From positions 1,984,001 through 2,048,000 of the forward strand of contig NW_026781956.1 of the NCBI RefSeq assembly GCF_031769215.1: 64,000 bases of DNA, read 5' to 3'. Every line of letters starts with the position of its first letter. The stretch's first letter is position 1. Both the position numbers and the translations under genes were made by a program. Positions 41,751 through 53,730 of the stretch are shown here, one piece after another. The notes beneath the pieces are model-generated. The model was not told where the DNA came from and did not search any database. It saw nothing but the letters and a program-made list of their open reading frames with translations. Source of the stretch: Ylistrum balloti. Lineage: Eukaryota.

Positions 41751-44700
41751 ATCTCAAGTTGTTCCACTTGGAACAGATTTCCATTAAATTTACCCCTATC
41801 ACGATGCCTTCATAAGGAATCAGAACATACATCAATGTTCTAAATAGCTTGCACTAAATCTGTCTTTATGTTTGTACCCAGTGTCCTCTTCAAAGACATC
41901 TCTTCATCAAGAGAAATTCGAAGACAGTGAACATAATGAACTAAGGTCTGTAGTGTTTGACGCCCCTCTAGACATTACTGACTCTAAGATCAGTTATGTG
42001 TTGTTGTTTGTGTTATGGTCTGTGAGTGTACAAAGTCGTACAACTAGGGTTTTCATCATCACTGAATTGAATTGATCATTTATGTATGATCGTAAAGAGG
42101 GTCACTTATGGCAAAACAAATCTTGTAATATCATTCAACTTTAAAATCGACAGAGTTTTAGTCGATGTGTTCTAATAGTTGTACAGATTAAACATTTTGT
42201 GAACGAGAACATTACGGAAGAAAATAAGGATGTGGGAGACAGCATGACTGATGATGATTTACACAACACAACAGTAAAAAGAAAATGGATTTGTGTGACA
42301 AGTACATTACATCATACCTTTCAGTTAAGGTCCACTCTGTCTGAACCAAATGTCTGAAAAATGGTATGTCAGCAGAATATAAGATATTTTACATATCTAA
42401 AGTAATATCAGGCTATAAAATCCGAAATCTGAACCAGTATACAGAGAAATACTGTATGATATACGATACTTTACGGTCACATAAATGTTTGAATTTGATA
42501 GATAATTCATGTAATGGTATGTCTCAGATAGATGTTATAGTATGTTTGTAAACCAAGAGGTGCATGAATTCCAAGATTATCATTTTTTAATAACGTCCAT
42601 GCATTATTATGCCATACAGTAATTTTTAATGTACCTAGTACTCCATATTTCCTGGTTTTGTTACAAAGGGGAAATTGCCCTGTGATTCCTGTTTATATTT
42701 TGACGTGGTAACGCTTGTACTACCGGAGAAAAATGATAACAATGTTGTTGTTTCCCATTAAATGCACACGCTATACTTTAGCAAAAATGTTGTGAACTTT
42801 GAGCGTATTTAACAATTTAATAGCAAAAAGCGTAATAGAAATACCATAGTTAGAAAAGAACAGATTTTACAGTAAAAATGGTTGGGCTGCATTAAACCTT
42901 CAAGCCATTTTCATATGTGTCACAGTTAACTATTTGTATACAGAGTTTTGTTATCAGGAGGTGGTTGTATTCCGAAAGTTTTGGGTTTTTTTGTAATGTG
43001 CAATAGTAAGTTAAATGACTCTATTATTCAGTGGCCATATGATTGGGTGTACCTTATAGAAAAAAATATTATGATCTGGTGGCACGTGTTGTGAAAAATA
43101 TTTTTCACTTCCGGAATATCACATATTCCTTCCGGTTGCTGATGTGGTTTACTTTTTGCTCGGTTTGCTGTTATTTCATATCGAGTTTTAAAAAATGTGA
43201 CCAATGTGGTACATTTTTGTTTCTAATCGTTTATTCCTGGTGTATTTACCAGTAATTGTTATATATTAGATAAATAACTGCGTAGATACATAAAATTCTT
43301 CGTATTCCGCAAGTTGATTAAGTGTTCATCTACATTCTTCTCGGTGACATGTGCTCATGGCTTCTAAATTGTCTTCGCTTTGGTGCAATCTGTTAGCAGA
43401 TTGTACTGTCATTCAAGGAATCTACAGTGACACATGACAGTCTTATCAGTTTATATATATATTGAAATGCATTACATGTTCTAGAATCGATTAAGATAAA
43501 AATAAGGCTGACAAGTAATCATAGAAGAGAGAATAACTGAAGTCTTGAGCGACATTTATTTATGCAAGTCCTGATACTGTAGAATAAGGTATATAACATT
43601 CACATGAATTTGACACGTGATGTGTCGAACTGTGTCGAGAATACCAGTTTATTGTTTTTACAACAGGAAGGTTTGGAGACATTTTGAAGACCACGTGATG
43701 TATTATATGCATGTTTTTGAAGTAATCACAGGCGTTGTTGCTAATACTAGCTATTCCGTGTCGGAAATACGTCATCTCGCCCCAAGCTCTTGCGTGAGTG
43801 ATCGGTAAGTTTGGGTATCGGTAACAAGGCTGTCATAATCTATGACATAAGTTGCTTCAAAGACATGCACGAAATATATTTTTGTTTTTGAGATCCGTAA
43901 ATAGGTCGTTGAAAGGAGTGCTTTTATTACATGTCTTACCTCAAACATTATAGTAGAGCATACAGATCAGAATCAGCGTTTCATCCTTAATGAAATACTC
44001 AAGGGTCATAGTTGAAATTATTTGTGCACGAATCAAAACAAAAAATATCTGTAAATAATGCCGTCAGCAAACAACAGGATATACCAGTGTATTAACCCGT
44101 GGGAAAGGTTACAAAACAGATTCATTCATCACAAAAAAAATTCCGATAGAGAGGATGGATCCCGGAAATATTCAGTTGAACAAAGAGTAAATTTACTTTG
44201 ATTACTCTACCAAGATAATTCTATTTGCAGTGTTCTGTTTCCCTAATGACGCAAACATGTCAGCTCATACTAACCGTAAAAGCCAATGTGTTGAAGTTAG
44301 ATATCGTATAAAATGCACTGAAGTTATGTCAAAGCCGGTGACTATAAACTAGGAATAAACAACACTCAAATCTACCATTGCCCTAATCACCCATGAGTAT
44401 TCATTATGATGAAATGTATTGTGCGTCGACACGAACCGCTGTTGGAAATTTCATTAAGAGTCATCCCGTCATGGTACATATTAACAGAACGTTATTAATA
44501 CAATATTATATGTGACAAGCGATTGTTCATTTGTCACAATAGTCTAACACGTCAGCTGAGTACTTTTATTTGTGCGGTTCATTGGACCATGAAATTGCAT
44601 GTTTATGATTTATAAGTTAATCTGATCGCTAACAAAGTCCTACATTGTCTTCCGAGCTTCAAACAATAATCAATGTTGCGAAGCAAAACTGTTCCACTTT

Positions 44701-44777
44701 AAATAACTTACAACGATACAAGAGAAGATTAGAAGCCTGATATTCTCTACATTAATATCCCTCTTCTTATCGTTATC

Positions 44778-45180
44778 TTAGTAACGTATCGACGATTCCA
44801 TGCTCTTATTGGGAGAGAAATAAAACCTGAAATTCAGACCATAACAGTCCGTTTCCTTATGATTGTTAAATGATTGTAATACCGAAGCATAATAAGCCAG
44901 TATTTCTTCTCTGGAAAAAATACATAATGTAAAGGTTCGTGTTCCTTCATTATCAAGCAAGTCTAGTTCTTTTAAACAGGAAATGCAATCATGTTTGCAG
45001 GCAAGGATCAAGTTACTGAACGCCTTATCTGACACAATAACATACCTGTCAGGTAAGTCGTGAAGTGTGCATTTAACATCAGGATCGAAGAAAACTGACC
45101 GTTGTTTTTTCACTGATTTCCGCACTTCCAATTCTTTTAGAATGATGGATCGAATGGACTAAACATATCCAGAAAATGAA
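44778..45180 (-). mobile_element. Penelope-like (Naiad-type) element, decayed RT N-terminal region
   Basis: The ORF-track peptide SVFFDPDVKCTLHDLPDRYVIVSDKAFSNLILACKHDCISCLKELDL...FSREEILAYYASVLQSF matches the consensus SVFxDPxVxxxLxxLHDKYVVVPADKAxNNIVFVCKxxYIxCLxxELG...LSKEEILxNHxSVLxSF. Upstream FSGYV*SIRSII resembles LSEWVKSIRSLI. Confidence 0.8.
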
Positions 45181-45324
45181 TGTGTTACGGAAAAAAATCC
45201 TGTTTGTTATGTGTGATTTTGTTTATGATATCTAGTGCTTGAAGATAAATATACATTACATATCTCAAATCTTATTTTCCCCGGTTATTGGAAGCAAATG
45301 TTCACGACTAATATATCAGATCAT

Positions 45325-45590
45325 AAATTTTTCTCCCACCTCTGCCCACGTAGGATAGACATGTCCCATGTGGAACGACCATGGAGGATAAATCTTTCTC
45401 CCACCTCTGCCCATGTAGGATAGACATGTCCCATGTGGAACACCCATGGAGGATAAATCTTTCTCCCACCTCTGCCCACGTAGGATAGACATGTCCCATG
45501 TGGAACACCCATGGAGGGTTAATCTTTCTCCCACCTCTGCCCATGTAGGATAGACATGTCCCATATGGAACACCCATGGAGGATAAATCT
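45325..45590. repeat. 65-bp tandem repeat, 4 near-identical copies
   Basis: ttctcccacctctgccca(c/t)gtaggatagacatgtcccatgtggaacacccatggaggataaatct at 45331, 45396, 45461 and 45526. Confidence 0.97.
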
Positions 45591-46091
45591 ATCCCACATG
45601 ACTGCACTCGGTGACCTCAGTCGGCTATCACAACTGACTCAAACCGACGAGTGGATGCTTTGTTTGCAGGTTCCGTAATGCGCAACTGTAACATCACAGT
45701 TAACATTAACTATAACAATCCTTGTCCAGTGAACACAAATAAATTCATATTGCGAATTTGCACCATTGCAATTTTTCGCGCGCATAAACAATTGACGTCA
45801 TTATCAACATTGTCCATGACATCGCGGCAAGCCTACCCTACCTTAATAAATGATACAGAATTAAATGTTGTTCAATACAAGTATTTCCATGTATCTATAG
45901 CTAATTAAAATATTTAATTTCCAAAAAAATAAATATTTCTAATGGTTATTCATATTGCGTTTGTAGTTTCTCATTTTGCTCTCGCGGAAGAATGTAGAAT
46001 TTTGGAAACGTGAATGGTGATATTCATGCGCCATTCAGACACTTGTACCGTGGGATTTTTTTTTTTACGTCTTGGCGGAGATAATGGGGTG

Positions 46092-46262
46092 GGAGAAAAA
46101 TAATCAACCCCTACCCTCAGAGGATGTGACAGAGAAATCTCCAACCTTAGGGTGATTTTTTTTGTAGTCTAACCCGAGGCTCTTAGACAACAACAAAAAT
46201 CACCCCTCGGGTTGGAGATTTGTCTATCACACCCTCAGGGTAGGGGAAGATTCTATTAATCC
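46092..46262. mobile_element. Palindromic (foldback) element / MITE, ~75-bp arms
   Basis: Left arm atcaacccctaccctcagaggatgtgacagagaaatctccaaccttagggtgattttttttgtagtctaa pairs with right arm ttagacaacaacaaaaatcacccctcgggttggagatttgtctatcacaccctcagggtaggggaagat around a 10-nt loop, cccgaggctc. Confidence 0.9.
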
Positions 46263-47052
46263 TTTTTGTTTACTGCCAAGTATTGTACATGTAGCAAACG
46301 AAACGGTTATCTAGTAATGACAGTGTTTGTTATCGTTTCCCTCTGAAGACAACAATCATTGTTTTGAGATGTACCAGATGGTTTTTTTTTCTTGTAAAAA
46401 ATGTTTATATTTCTCGATCTGGTTCTTAACAAGTAAACCATTGCTCCTTTCTCCATGGTGACAATTCCTATATGAAAGGACGACACCGGGCTACCATCGA
46501 CTTTCAGCACCGAGGCGCTTTGTCCGCTTCCATGCCTGGCTTCAAATGAACAAATCCGTATATGAAATATTCATGTTTGTTTGAGTTGGTAGACACTGGT
46601 GTACTTAATTAACCCGATCTGCTCGATATCTAGAGTATGATAGGGCCAAGTCAGAGGTATTTAGTTTAAGCGGTGATGACAGGTCTATCCTGGATGATCA
46701 TAAAGGGTAATTGCTTTATTGTTCGTCATCTGTATAGACCGAGACCTTGTATCATAGATTTAGTCACCATATACAGTGTTTCATTATAACCTAATGGATT
46801 TTCTCTGTTTTTCAGATACGTCTGGTGACCGTGATTTGACAGCAGAACTCCTCCATGTTCTCAGACAGAGAGTTGACAATCAAAATGTGAAAGCCAACAA
46901 ATCAGACATCCTGTTTCAAAATTGCCATTGTCTGCACGAAAAGGAAATCTGATCGAAAATTCGCTAAGCTGAACAGGAGCGGTAACATTGGCGTTCAGAT
47001 CATGGATTAATGTTCTGCAATAGTTTGACATATTTTTTATGTTTTCACAAAT

Positions 47053-47054
47053 AG
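47053..47054 (+). promoter_or_regulatory. Probable splice acceptor of the GPCR coding exon
   Basis: ttttttatgttttcacaaatAG lies 33 nt upstream of the ATG; the ATG has A at -3 (caagATG). Confidence 0.5.
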
Positions 47055-47087
47055 GTTCCTAGAATCAAAACACCTAGCCTGTTCAAG

Positions 47088-48101
47088 ATGAACCAAACAA
47101 CTGATGAAGATATGAAAGACATGCTGGAAGACATATGTTACAAGTATATCGGACCCGTGCTTTGTGTGTTCGGTATCGTCGGGAACATCATCAACTTGAT
47201 CGTGTTGTCACGCCAACAGCTCGTGGAATCACCGTACATTTACCTAAAGGCACTGGCTGTGACGGACATGTCGGCCCTTCTCTTCTCCTTCCCCTTCATG
47301 GTAGTATCAAGAGAAGCAACGACCTTTCCTCTCAAGTGGTATAACGCCTATGTATTCCTGCCTGTCGTCAACTTCTTCACGGCTTCCAGTATCTGGATAA
47401 CAGTCGTGATGACCATAGACAGATTCATTTTCGTGAAATTTCCGATATGGGCAAGATGGCGATGTAGTCGATTTAGTGCGCAGGTGCGGGTTTGGATTAT
47501 CCTTTTTGCGACTGTCTTGATAAGTGTTCCGCGATTATTTTGTTACAAAGTAGTGCCTATTGTGGTGGACAATGCGAATGTGACCGTGACCGACCTTCAC
47601 GGGTACCGAATCAAATCTACCGAGTTTCGGCTGAGCGAGCATTACCAGATAATGAACATCGCCCTTATCATACTAATTCACTTTCTGCCGCTCATTATTC
47701 TGTGTGTAATTAACATTTATCTTATCATAGCCGTACAACAAGCACGCATTGCGCGCGAGGAGCTCAATCTGAGAAACAACATGGAGACGGAGTGGCAGAA
47801 GGACCAACGACGGTTTACTATCACACTTATTAGCATAGTGCTTTTAGCTATCGTTTCCATCTTGCCCGCAGCAATTTGTGATATCATGGTTGAGATGAGA
47901 TTTGGACTCAAATATTCAAAGCTCATGCAGATTATCGCTAATCTTCTTATGTGGCTTAATCTGTCCATGAACTTTATCATGTACTGTGCGTTCAACAAAA
48001 AATTCGTGCGGGTTCTAAAGGACGTAATGGGACGAAGCATTTACCGATTTCGGTATTCACTAAAAAGCGTAGGAGGTCAAAGTGAAATGACAACTATGTA
48101 G
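47088..48101 (+). CDS. Class A (rhodopsin-like) 7TM GPCR, FMRFamide-receptor-like / B0563.6-like (Srw-related) orphan peptide or chemoreceptor; intronless ORF, 337 aa
   Basis: Seven hydrophobic segments with family motifs: GIVGN (TM1), LAVTD (TM2), MTIDRFIFVKFP (DRY-like), VW...VPR (TM4), HFLP (TM5), VSILP (TM6), NLSMNFIMY (NPxxY-like), then FNKKF helix 8. N-glycosylation sequons NQT and NVT. In-frame TAG lies 33 nt upstream of the ATG. Confidence 0.97.
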   Translation: MNQTTDEDMKDMLEDICYKYIGPVLCVFGIVGNIINLIVLSRQQLVESPYIYLKALAVTDMSALLFSFPFMVVSREATTFPLKWYNAYVFLPVVNFFTASSIWITVVMTIDRFIFVKFPIWARWRCSRFSAQVRVWIILFATVLISVPRLFCYKVVPIVVDNANVTVTDLHGYRIKSTEFRLSEHYQIMNIALIILIHFLPLIILCVINIYLIIAVQQARIAREELNLRNNMETEWQKDQRRFTITLISIVLLAIVSILPAAICDIMVEMRFGLKYSKLMQIIANLLMWLNLSMNFIMYCAFNKKFVRVLKDVMGRSIYRFRYSLKSVGGQSEMTTM

Positions 48102-51100
48102 GAAATCTAAACGCTTAGTTAGAAAAAAAGTTTACTTACATGGAGTACGTTCTTTGTGGATGTGAATCAATGTGTCTCTTCACTTTTGCATTGCATTTAT
48201 TGTGATATATAGTTTTAACTTAAATGTCCTTCAACAATCGAAAGCGCTTAATGCATGAATATCCATCATCCGATTCAAACGCTTATGTGGCACTGCTGAT
48301 ATCTGATATCCGCATCACCATAATCCCGTCCCGGAAGTTTTGTCCTCGTAAAAGGAGCTTCATTAATCGTTTCTGAAAATAATATTTTCTGATTTACGGG
48401 GTAAAGAAATCTGCATTACCTTAGACAGATGATGTGGAAAATGTGTATCCCTACTTTGTACTATCCTGTGACAGAGCTCAATAACATGTATAACAATAAC
48501 GCGTGTAGGGGTATTCCTATCGAGTTTTAAATGCATTCATCGAATATGTTTGTCTGTTACAATGTGCATAGGTCGAGTTTTACATGTAAATCAATTTCCT
48601 TTCGCATGTGATGTAAGCAAACTCGCAGAAGGTCGTTGATTGACAAAAATGCTGTATCGGTGTAAAAATAGAGGAGGCTTCACTTTCACAATATGTTAAG
48701 TGGGATTTCCCGAATACATATAGCTTATTGTTTTCTCGGTAACGTGCTGCGTATGGTGAGAGGAAAAAAATCGCTAAACTTGGTAGTTGTAGTTGTTGTT
48801 GTTGAAATCTGGATCAGCAGTTTAATTTATGGAAGTTTAACATCCTAACTCTCTTAAAAGTCATTTTTCATCCTATATTGTTTTATATGAGGACATGTTG
48901 ACGCAACTTGAATTAATTTTTCAAAAATGTTTATCGTGTGTTTAAACGCTGTATATAACGTAGCAATATTTTAACAAGAGATATGACAGGTTTATTTATT
49001 TATTCATTAATAACACATTATCGAATGAATTGTTTACTCTCTTGTGTCTTGACCATCCATAAAGCTTTGTTGTCAATACAAAGTTGAACATCTTAGGTAG
49101 CAGCAGGATTAGAATAAAAGCCTCAGATATCAGAAAGAAAAATGTTTCCATTATAGTATCAATGTACGTATAATATCTAGCATTTACATTTTACAAAAAA
49201 ATTGATTCAATTTGCTCGGATTCATTATAAAAAAATCATATATCCATAATATTTCCATTCGTGAAAGCTTTCCCACTTTTTATGATGTTTGTAAAACCAT
49301 CACAATGAGGCGAGGACATAATGTAAAAGTGTTTTAATGGCCTTTTTGGCGGTTATCAAAACATTGAAATAAAATGCGTGTAATTTTCATGCAGAAAGTC
49401 ATAAATTCGATGATTTCTCCATTGATATTATTTTGAAGGTGTAAGTTTTTTCGCGAATTAATCATATCCTCGGAAATATCTTTTTAAAATGTTAACATGT
49501 ACATGTAAATGAAAATATCGGACAATATGTATGACTAATGTGTACGTCATTAGTGCTGGTTTTTGTGTATGTATTGTGCACTGCTAAGTTACCGTGGGAC
49601 CAATACCATTGATTAGCTCCTACAACCATCACTGACCTGGTACAGGTATGCCTGGTCTCGTTTTATCTGTTATTGTTGTAATAGTTATTTAATTATCATT
49701 ACATTTTTTGCAATGAAGTTTTAATTACATTCAAATTCAACTCCATAGATACATATGACAAAAATTATTCATACAAAAACGTAAAAAAAGAGTTTTATAA
49801 TGATAGATCATGTTAACTGCCAGCTGAATATCATGGATAGCATGATTCATGTGCAGTTTGGAAGCCCATCATAAAGTGTCGACTCTACCGATTGTGCATA
49901 CTATATTAACTTCATGTTGTTGCTCATTTTGATCCTTTACTCTTAAGGGTAGATGGTAAATAATCGTATGATGTAGTTTGCTTATTCTGTCATGTTCACT
50001 TGCTTTTGTTGACTTTAATGATTTTTTCCTGTTTTCCACATTGTTAAATCAGCATTTTCATCATCTCAATCACTGCCAGTTGTCTTGTATCACTTGTTTT
50101 TGTATGGCTGTTTAACTTCTCTATTTTGGACGAGTCTGTTACCTGATTGGATTAATCGATTACTTTAAAAATCGTTTCATTGTTATTGGTTCCTCGAAAA
50201 CACTGCTTGTTTTAGAATCCGTCTCTAACACTCAAGAATTAATCATTGAATGTACTTAAAGGTTTATGCGCCCATCATTTGCTGGTTTACAAGAACAACA
50301 CACTGTCAACTGTATATTACTTTTTACCTATATTAAACATTCAATGTTTCGTTTAGTTTCCAAGTTTTAAATATCGTGAGAAAAACTGCTCAAAAGTAGT
50401 GCACGCTGATAAGTATGGAAACCAGTAAAACGACAGTTGTATTTATTGAAATATCGACTTTAGATGCAACCTAGACAATCGACACTCATCAAATGCCCAA
50501 TTTAATAGCGAACAGAAAACACGTGTCAAGCACATAAAAAAAGTGAACAAATTTTCACAAACTATCATTTATAAAGTTGTGACACCGAATTGAAAGTCCC
50601 AGTACTGCTTTGTGCCAATGGCTGATAGCAAGAAAAAAGTCTCCTTCGTTCAGATGCTTTATCGTGTGTGCAGAAAACAAGAATCTGGTTGAACAGGACT
50701 AAGTGATCAGTGTCTTACCATGCAAACCTGACGATATTGTCTGAAAGAATAGACTAGAAAAAAACAAAAAACAAAAGTTGATTATTGTCGCCTAAATTTT
50801 ATCGCGTTTGTTTACCACAATATATCAGTGCTAATACAAAGCTCGCCCCAATACTCCACAGGAGAAAAGATTAATCCCGAGGGAATGTACCAGAAACAGT
50901 CCAATATCAAATTCTATTATTCTGTTATCCTCCTTCATATGATCTCCATTGTCCAGATAATTGCTCAAATATTTAATTGTGTCTCACAATAGTACAACGC
51001 ATTCAAACATTCATACCGCAGCAATAATTTGTGGTTTTCGATAGGTCAAGGGTTAGTTTTCACAAACGGCTTTTGCATGTTTCCCTGATTTGAGTTTGAA

Positions 51101-51419
51101 TACATACACCTAATTTGGCCGATATAAATATACAATTACAGAATGAAATTTTGAGTTCCGCTGCTTTTAACGTTTAAATCTATAAGGTAAAACACTTCAT
51201 TGTTGCAAATAAGAATATTTTGGTCCTGTGATTGTCACACAATGAAAAGTATTAGAAACAAATATACAAGAAATATATATGATGTCATGTGGTCACATCC
51301 CCTTTGTTTACGGTGTTTTAAGTGCTGGTCACCACCTACTTATGTAACTACATAAATAGGTTTTTTTTCGATAAGGTGTTTCATGCTATACAATCATCAT
51401 TAAGAACATCACGTCCTCC

Positions 51420-52030
51420 AATACATTATCCTATTTGTTGTCAAATCTAGGCCAGAATTATCTACGTTTATTACTAAGTAATTGCATTTTATCCCTAACG
51501 CATGGTGTTTACATATCACAGGAGAGTTGATATTCAAAGGCCTGTTCCTTATATCAATTTTCGTGCAAGTTGTCGTCAACTTGCAAACTCATAACACAGG
51601 GTTTTGAGAGAAGCAGGTTGAAAATTATGGAAGAGTTTTACTGTTGTAATAGTAGACTCAATAAGAAATATTCCTTTTCTTTCTCTGATATAGAGCTGGA
51701 GTTTTACTATCGTAATAGTAGACTCGGTAAGAAATATTCTATTTCTTTGATATAAAGCTGGACGTGTTTGGTGCTCATTTGTTTGCTTGTTGGTTCCGTT
51801 GTTGTATACCTTGTTCTCATTTGAGAATATGACAATATTTACTTGGATTGACCAAAATGAACGTAAAGTTTGTCGTCTATAAAGCAGAGGACTCCCACTT
51901 TTCTGGAACACCTGGTCTTTTTCATTAGTCTCTGTGTAAATTTCTCTTTTGATGATTTGTTGTCCTACCTTGTTGAATTTGAGTTTGGATTAAGACTATC
52001 TTCACTTGTTATTTTTGTGTGGGTTATGTT
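51420..52030 (+). mobile_element. Penelope-like (Naiad-type) element, decayed 3' end of the ORF plus 3' non-coding region
   Basis: HGVYISQES*YSKACSLY...KLITQGFERSRLK..EEFY matches YGVYISQLIRYARACSxY...KLLxQGFxxxRLKxxxxKFY. The 3' motif at 51841-51919 is shared with 22531. Confidence 0.85.
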
Positions 52031-53099
52031 TCTGTCATTTTAAATTTTATTCCAAATCTACAAACTCCAAAATATATAGATACATTGTTGATAATAACCC
52101 TCACGTGCAAAGAATAAATTTGGATGTCGCTTGCATAAGTTATCAAAAATTCGTCTCGATTTATTGAAATTTGTTCACACTTTAAACACACATTCTTCAA
52201 AATCAATCACAGAATCCACTTTAGTTTGATGACCAAATGTCATTGCACGAATGCCCATTTCGTAATCATTTCTAGATTTATGCCTCAGCTTCCGCGCTGA
52301 AAACTTGTTATGGGCATTCAAAATTTAAAGTGAAAAACTTTCGAACTTTAAGTGCATCTTATCTGAGTTTTCATTTACTCTTGCTCAATAACTGTGACGT
52401 GCTTATTTCAAAACGAATGACTTTTGAATAAAAAAAATCAGAATTATCCGTATTAGCAATGAAAGGCCTATTGTTAATTTAAATTTGTATTTCCAATATT
52501 TAACAGACGGATTCGGCCTGTTGAAAGTATATTATTACTACCCATTGTCTCCTGTTTCGTGTATATGTTTCTAATGTTATAAACACAGTTTTATTGTTGA
52601 TAATAAATTTTGAAAATCAGTATTGTTTGTTCATTTTTAACCTACCAGTATCAATTTAGTATCAAACACTTTGGTACAATGGGATTGATAGACAAGCAGA
52701 TAAGCCTTGATCACACTGTTACTGTCGTAACTATTCTTAGAGAAAAGTAAGTACAGTGTTGTACATGATGGTTTTCTATTTAACAAAATCTATAATGACA
52801 TATACTTTCGAAAATTTATTTTACACCATTTATAAACAATGTTATGTTATATTTTCTGTATATGTGAAAATTTTTGCAACGGTGTAACTTTCGTCTGTTT
52901 TGCCCTTAAGGATAAAAGGTAGTTTAATTATCGAGGAGAGAATGAAGCGTTCAGAGAAAATGAACCGTTCAATAAGAGTTAAAAACACTAAGAATGTTTC
53001 CCATATGCATTTATGTTATATCAACATATTTAGAGAAAAATACATCTTCATCAAAATCCCGTTGAGATTAACCAATGTCTTATATGACCTCATTTAGTG

Positions 53100-53185
53100 A
53101 ATCCTTGGACAGGATCGTCACCTGGGGATCGAACCAGGATTGTAGCCATGTGTGATATCACCAGCTAGTTACATAAATAACCTAG
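53100..53185 (-). mobile_element. Degenerate tRNA-derived SINE head
   Basis: Minus strand has B-box ggttcgatccc preceded ~30 nt upstream by A-box-like taactagctgg; no conserved body recognised. Confidence 0.3.
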
Positions 53186-53536
53186 CAGACGACATCGTTT
53201 TCTTGGGTATTTAATCATTTCTGGTCAATTAAGCACAGTCGTGGAATCTCCAAGAAACGTCGAGTGGCTCAGCGATTCGTGTCCTTTGTCTGGTTTTTGT
53301 CGGAAAACTTCTGTGGCATACATTAGACGACAAAATATGATTTACGCGAAATTGGTAGAGTTTGCTGAAAGAAACGATACGGCACAATCAGAGAAAGAGA
53401 ATGAAGAAATCATAAATCAACAGAAACAACACTCGAAATGTCATACACGAATGGATATACGAGGAAATTGTAGACAGCTAGTATATAAAACTGTGGGGTT
53501 ACAAGGTTGTAACATTACAAAAGGCACACAAGTGAA

Positions 53537-53730
53537 TACTGTAAAATATCTTATTTTCGCGGGAAATTTATTTTCTTTGATTTGAAGATTACTCTTAATC
53601 TGTGAATTCATTTGTCCACGAACGTTTAAAATAGATAGTTGTATTGAGAAATACTAATCCACAAAATCGAGAGCTCAAATACTGAAAAAACACGAAAATT
53701 GAACCCCACGAAATATATGATTCTTCAGCA
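53537..53730. mobile_element. MITE with TACTGTAAA...TTTACAGTA-type TIRs
   Basis: Left TIR tactgtaaaatatcttattttcgcggg; degenerate right TIR cccacgaaatatatgattcttcagca. Confidence 0.65.

Noticed and set aside
47135-48040. Short ORFs overlapping the GPCR on other frames/strand
   Set aside because: Shadows of the real CDS.
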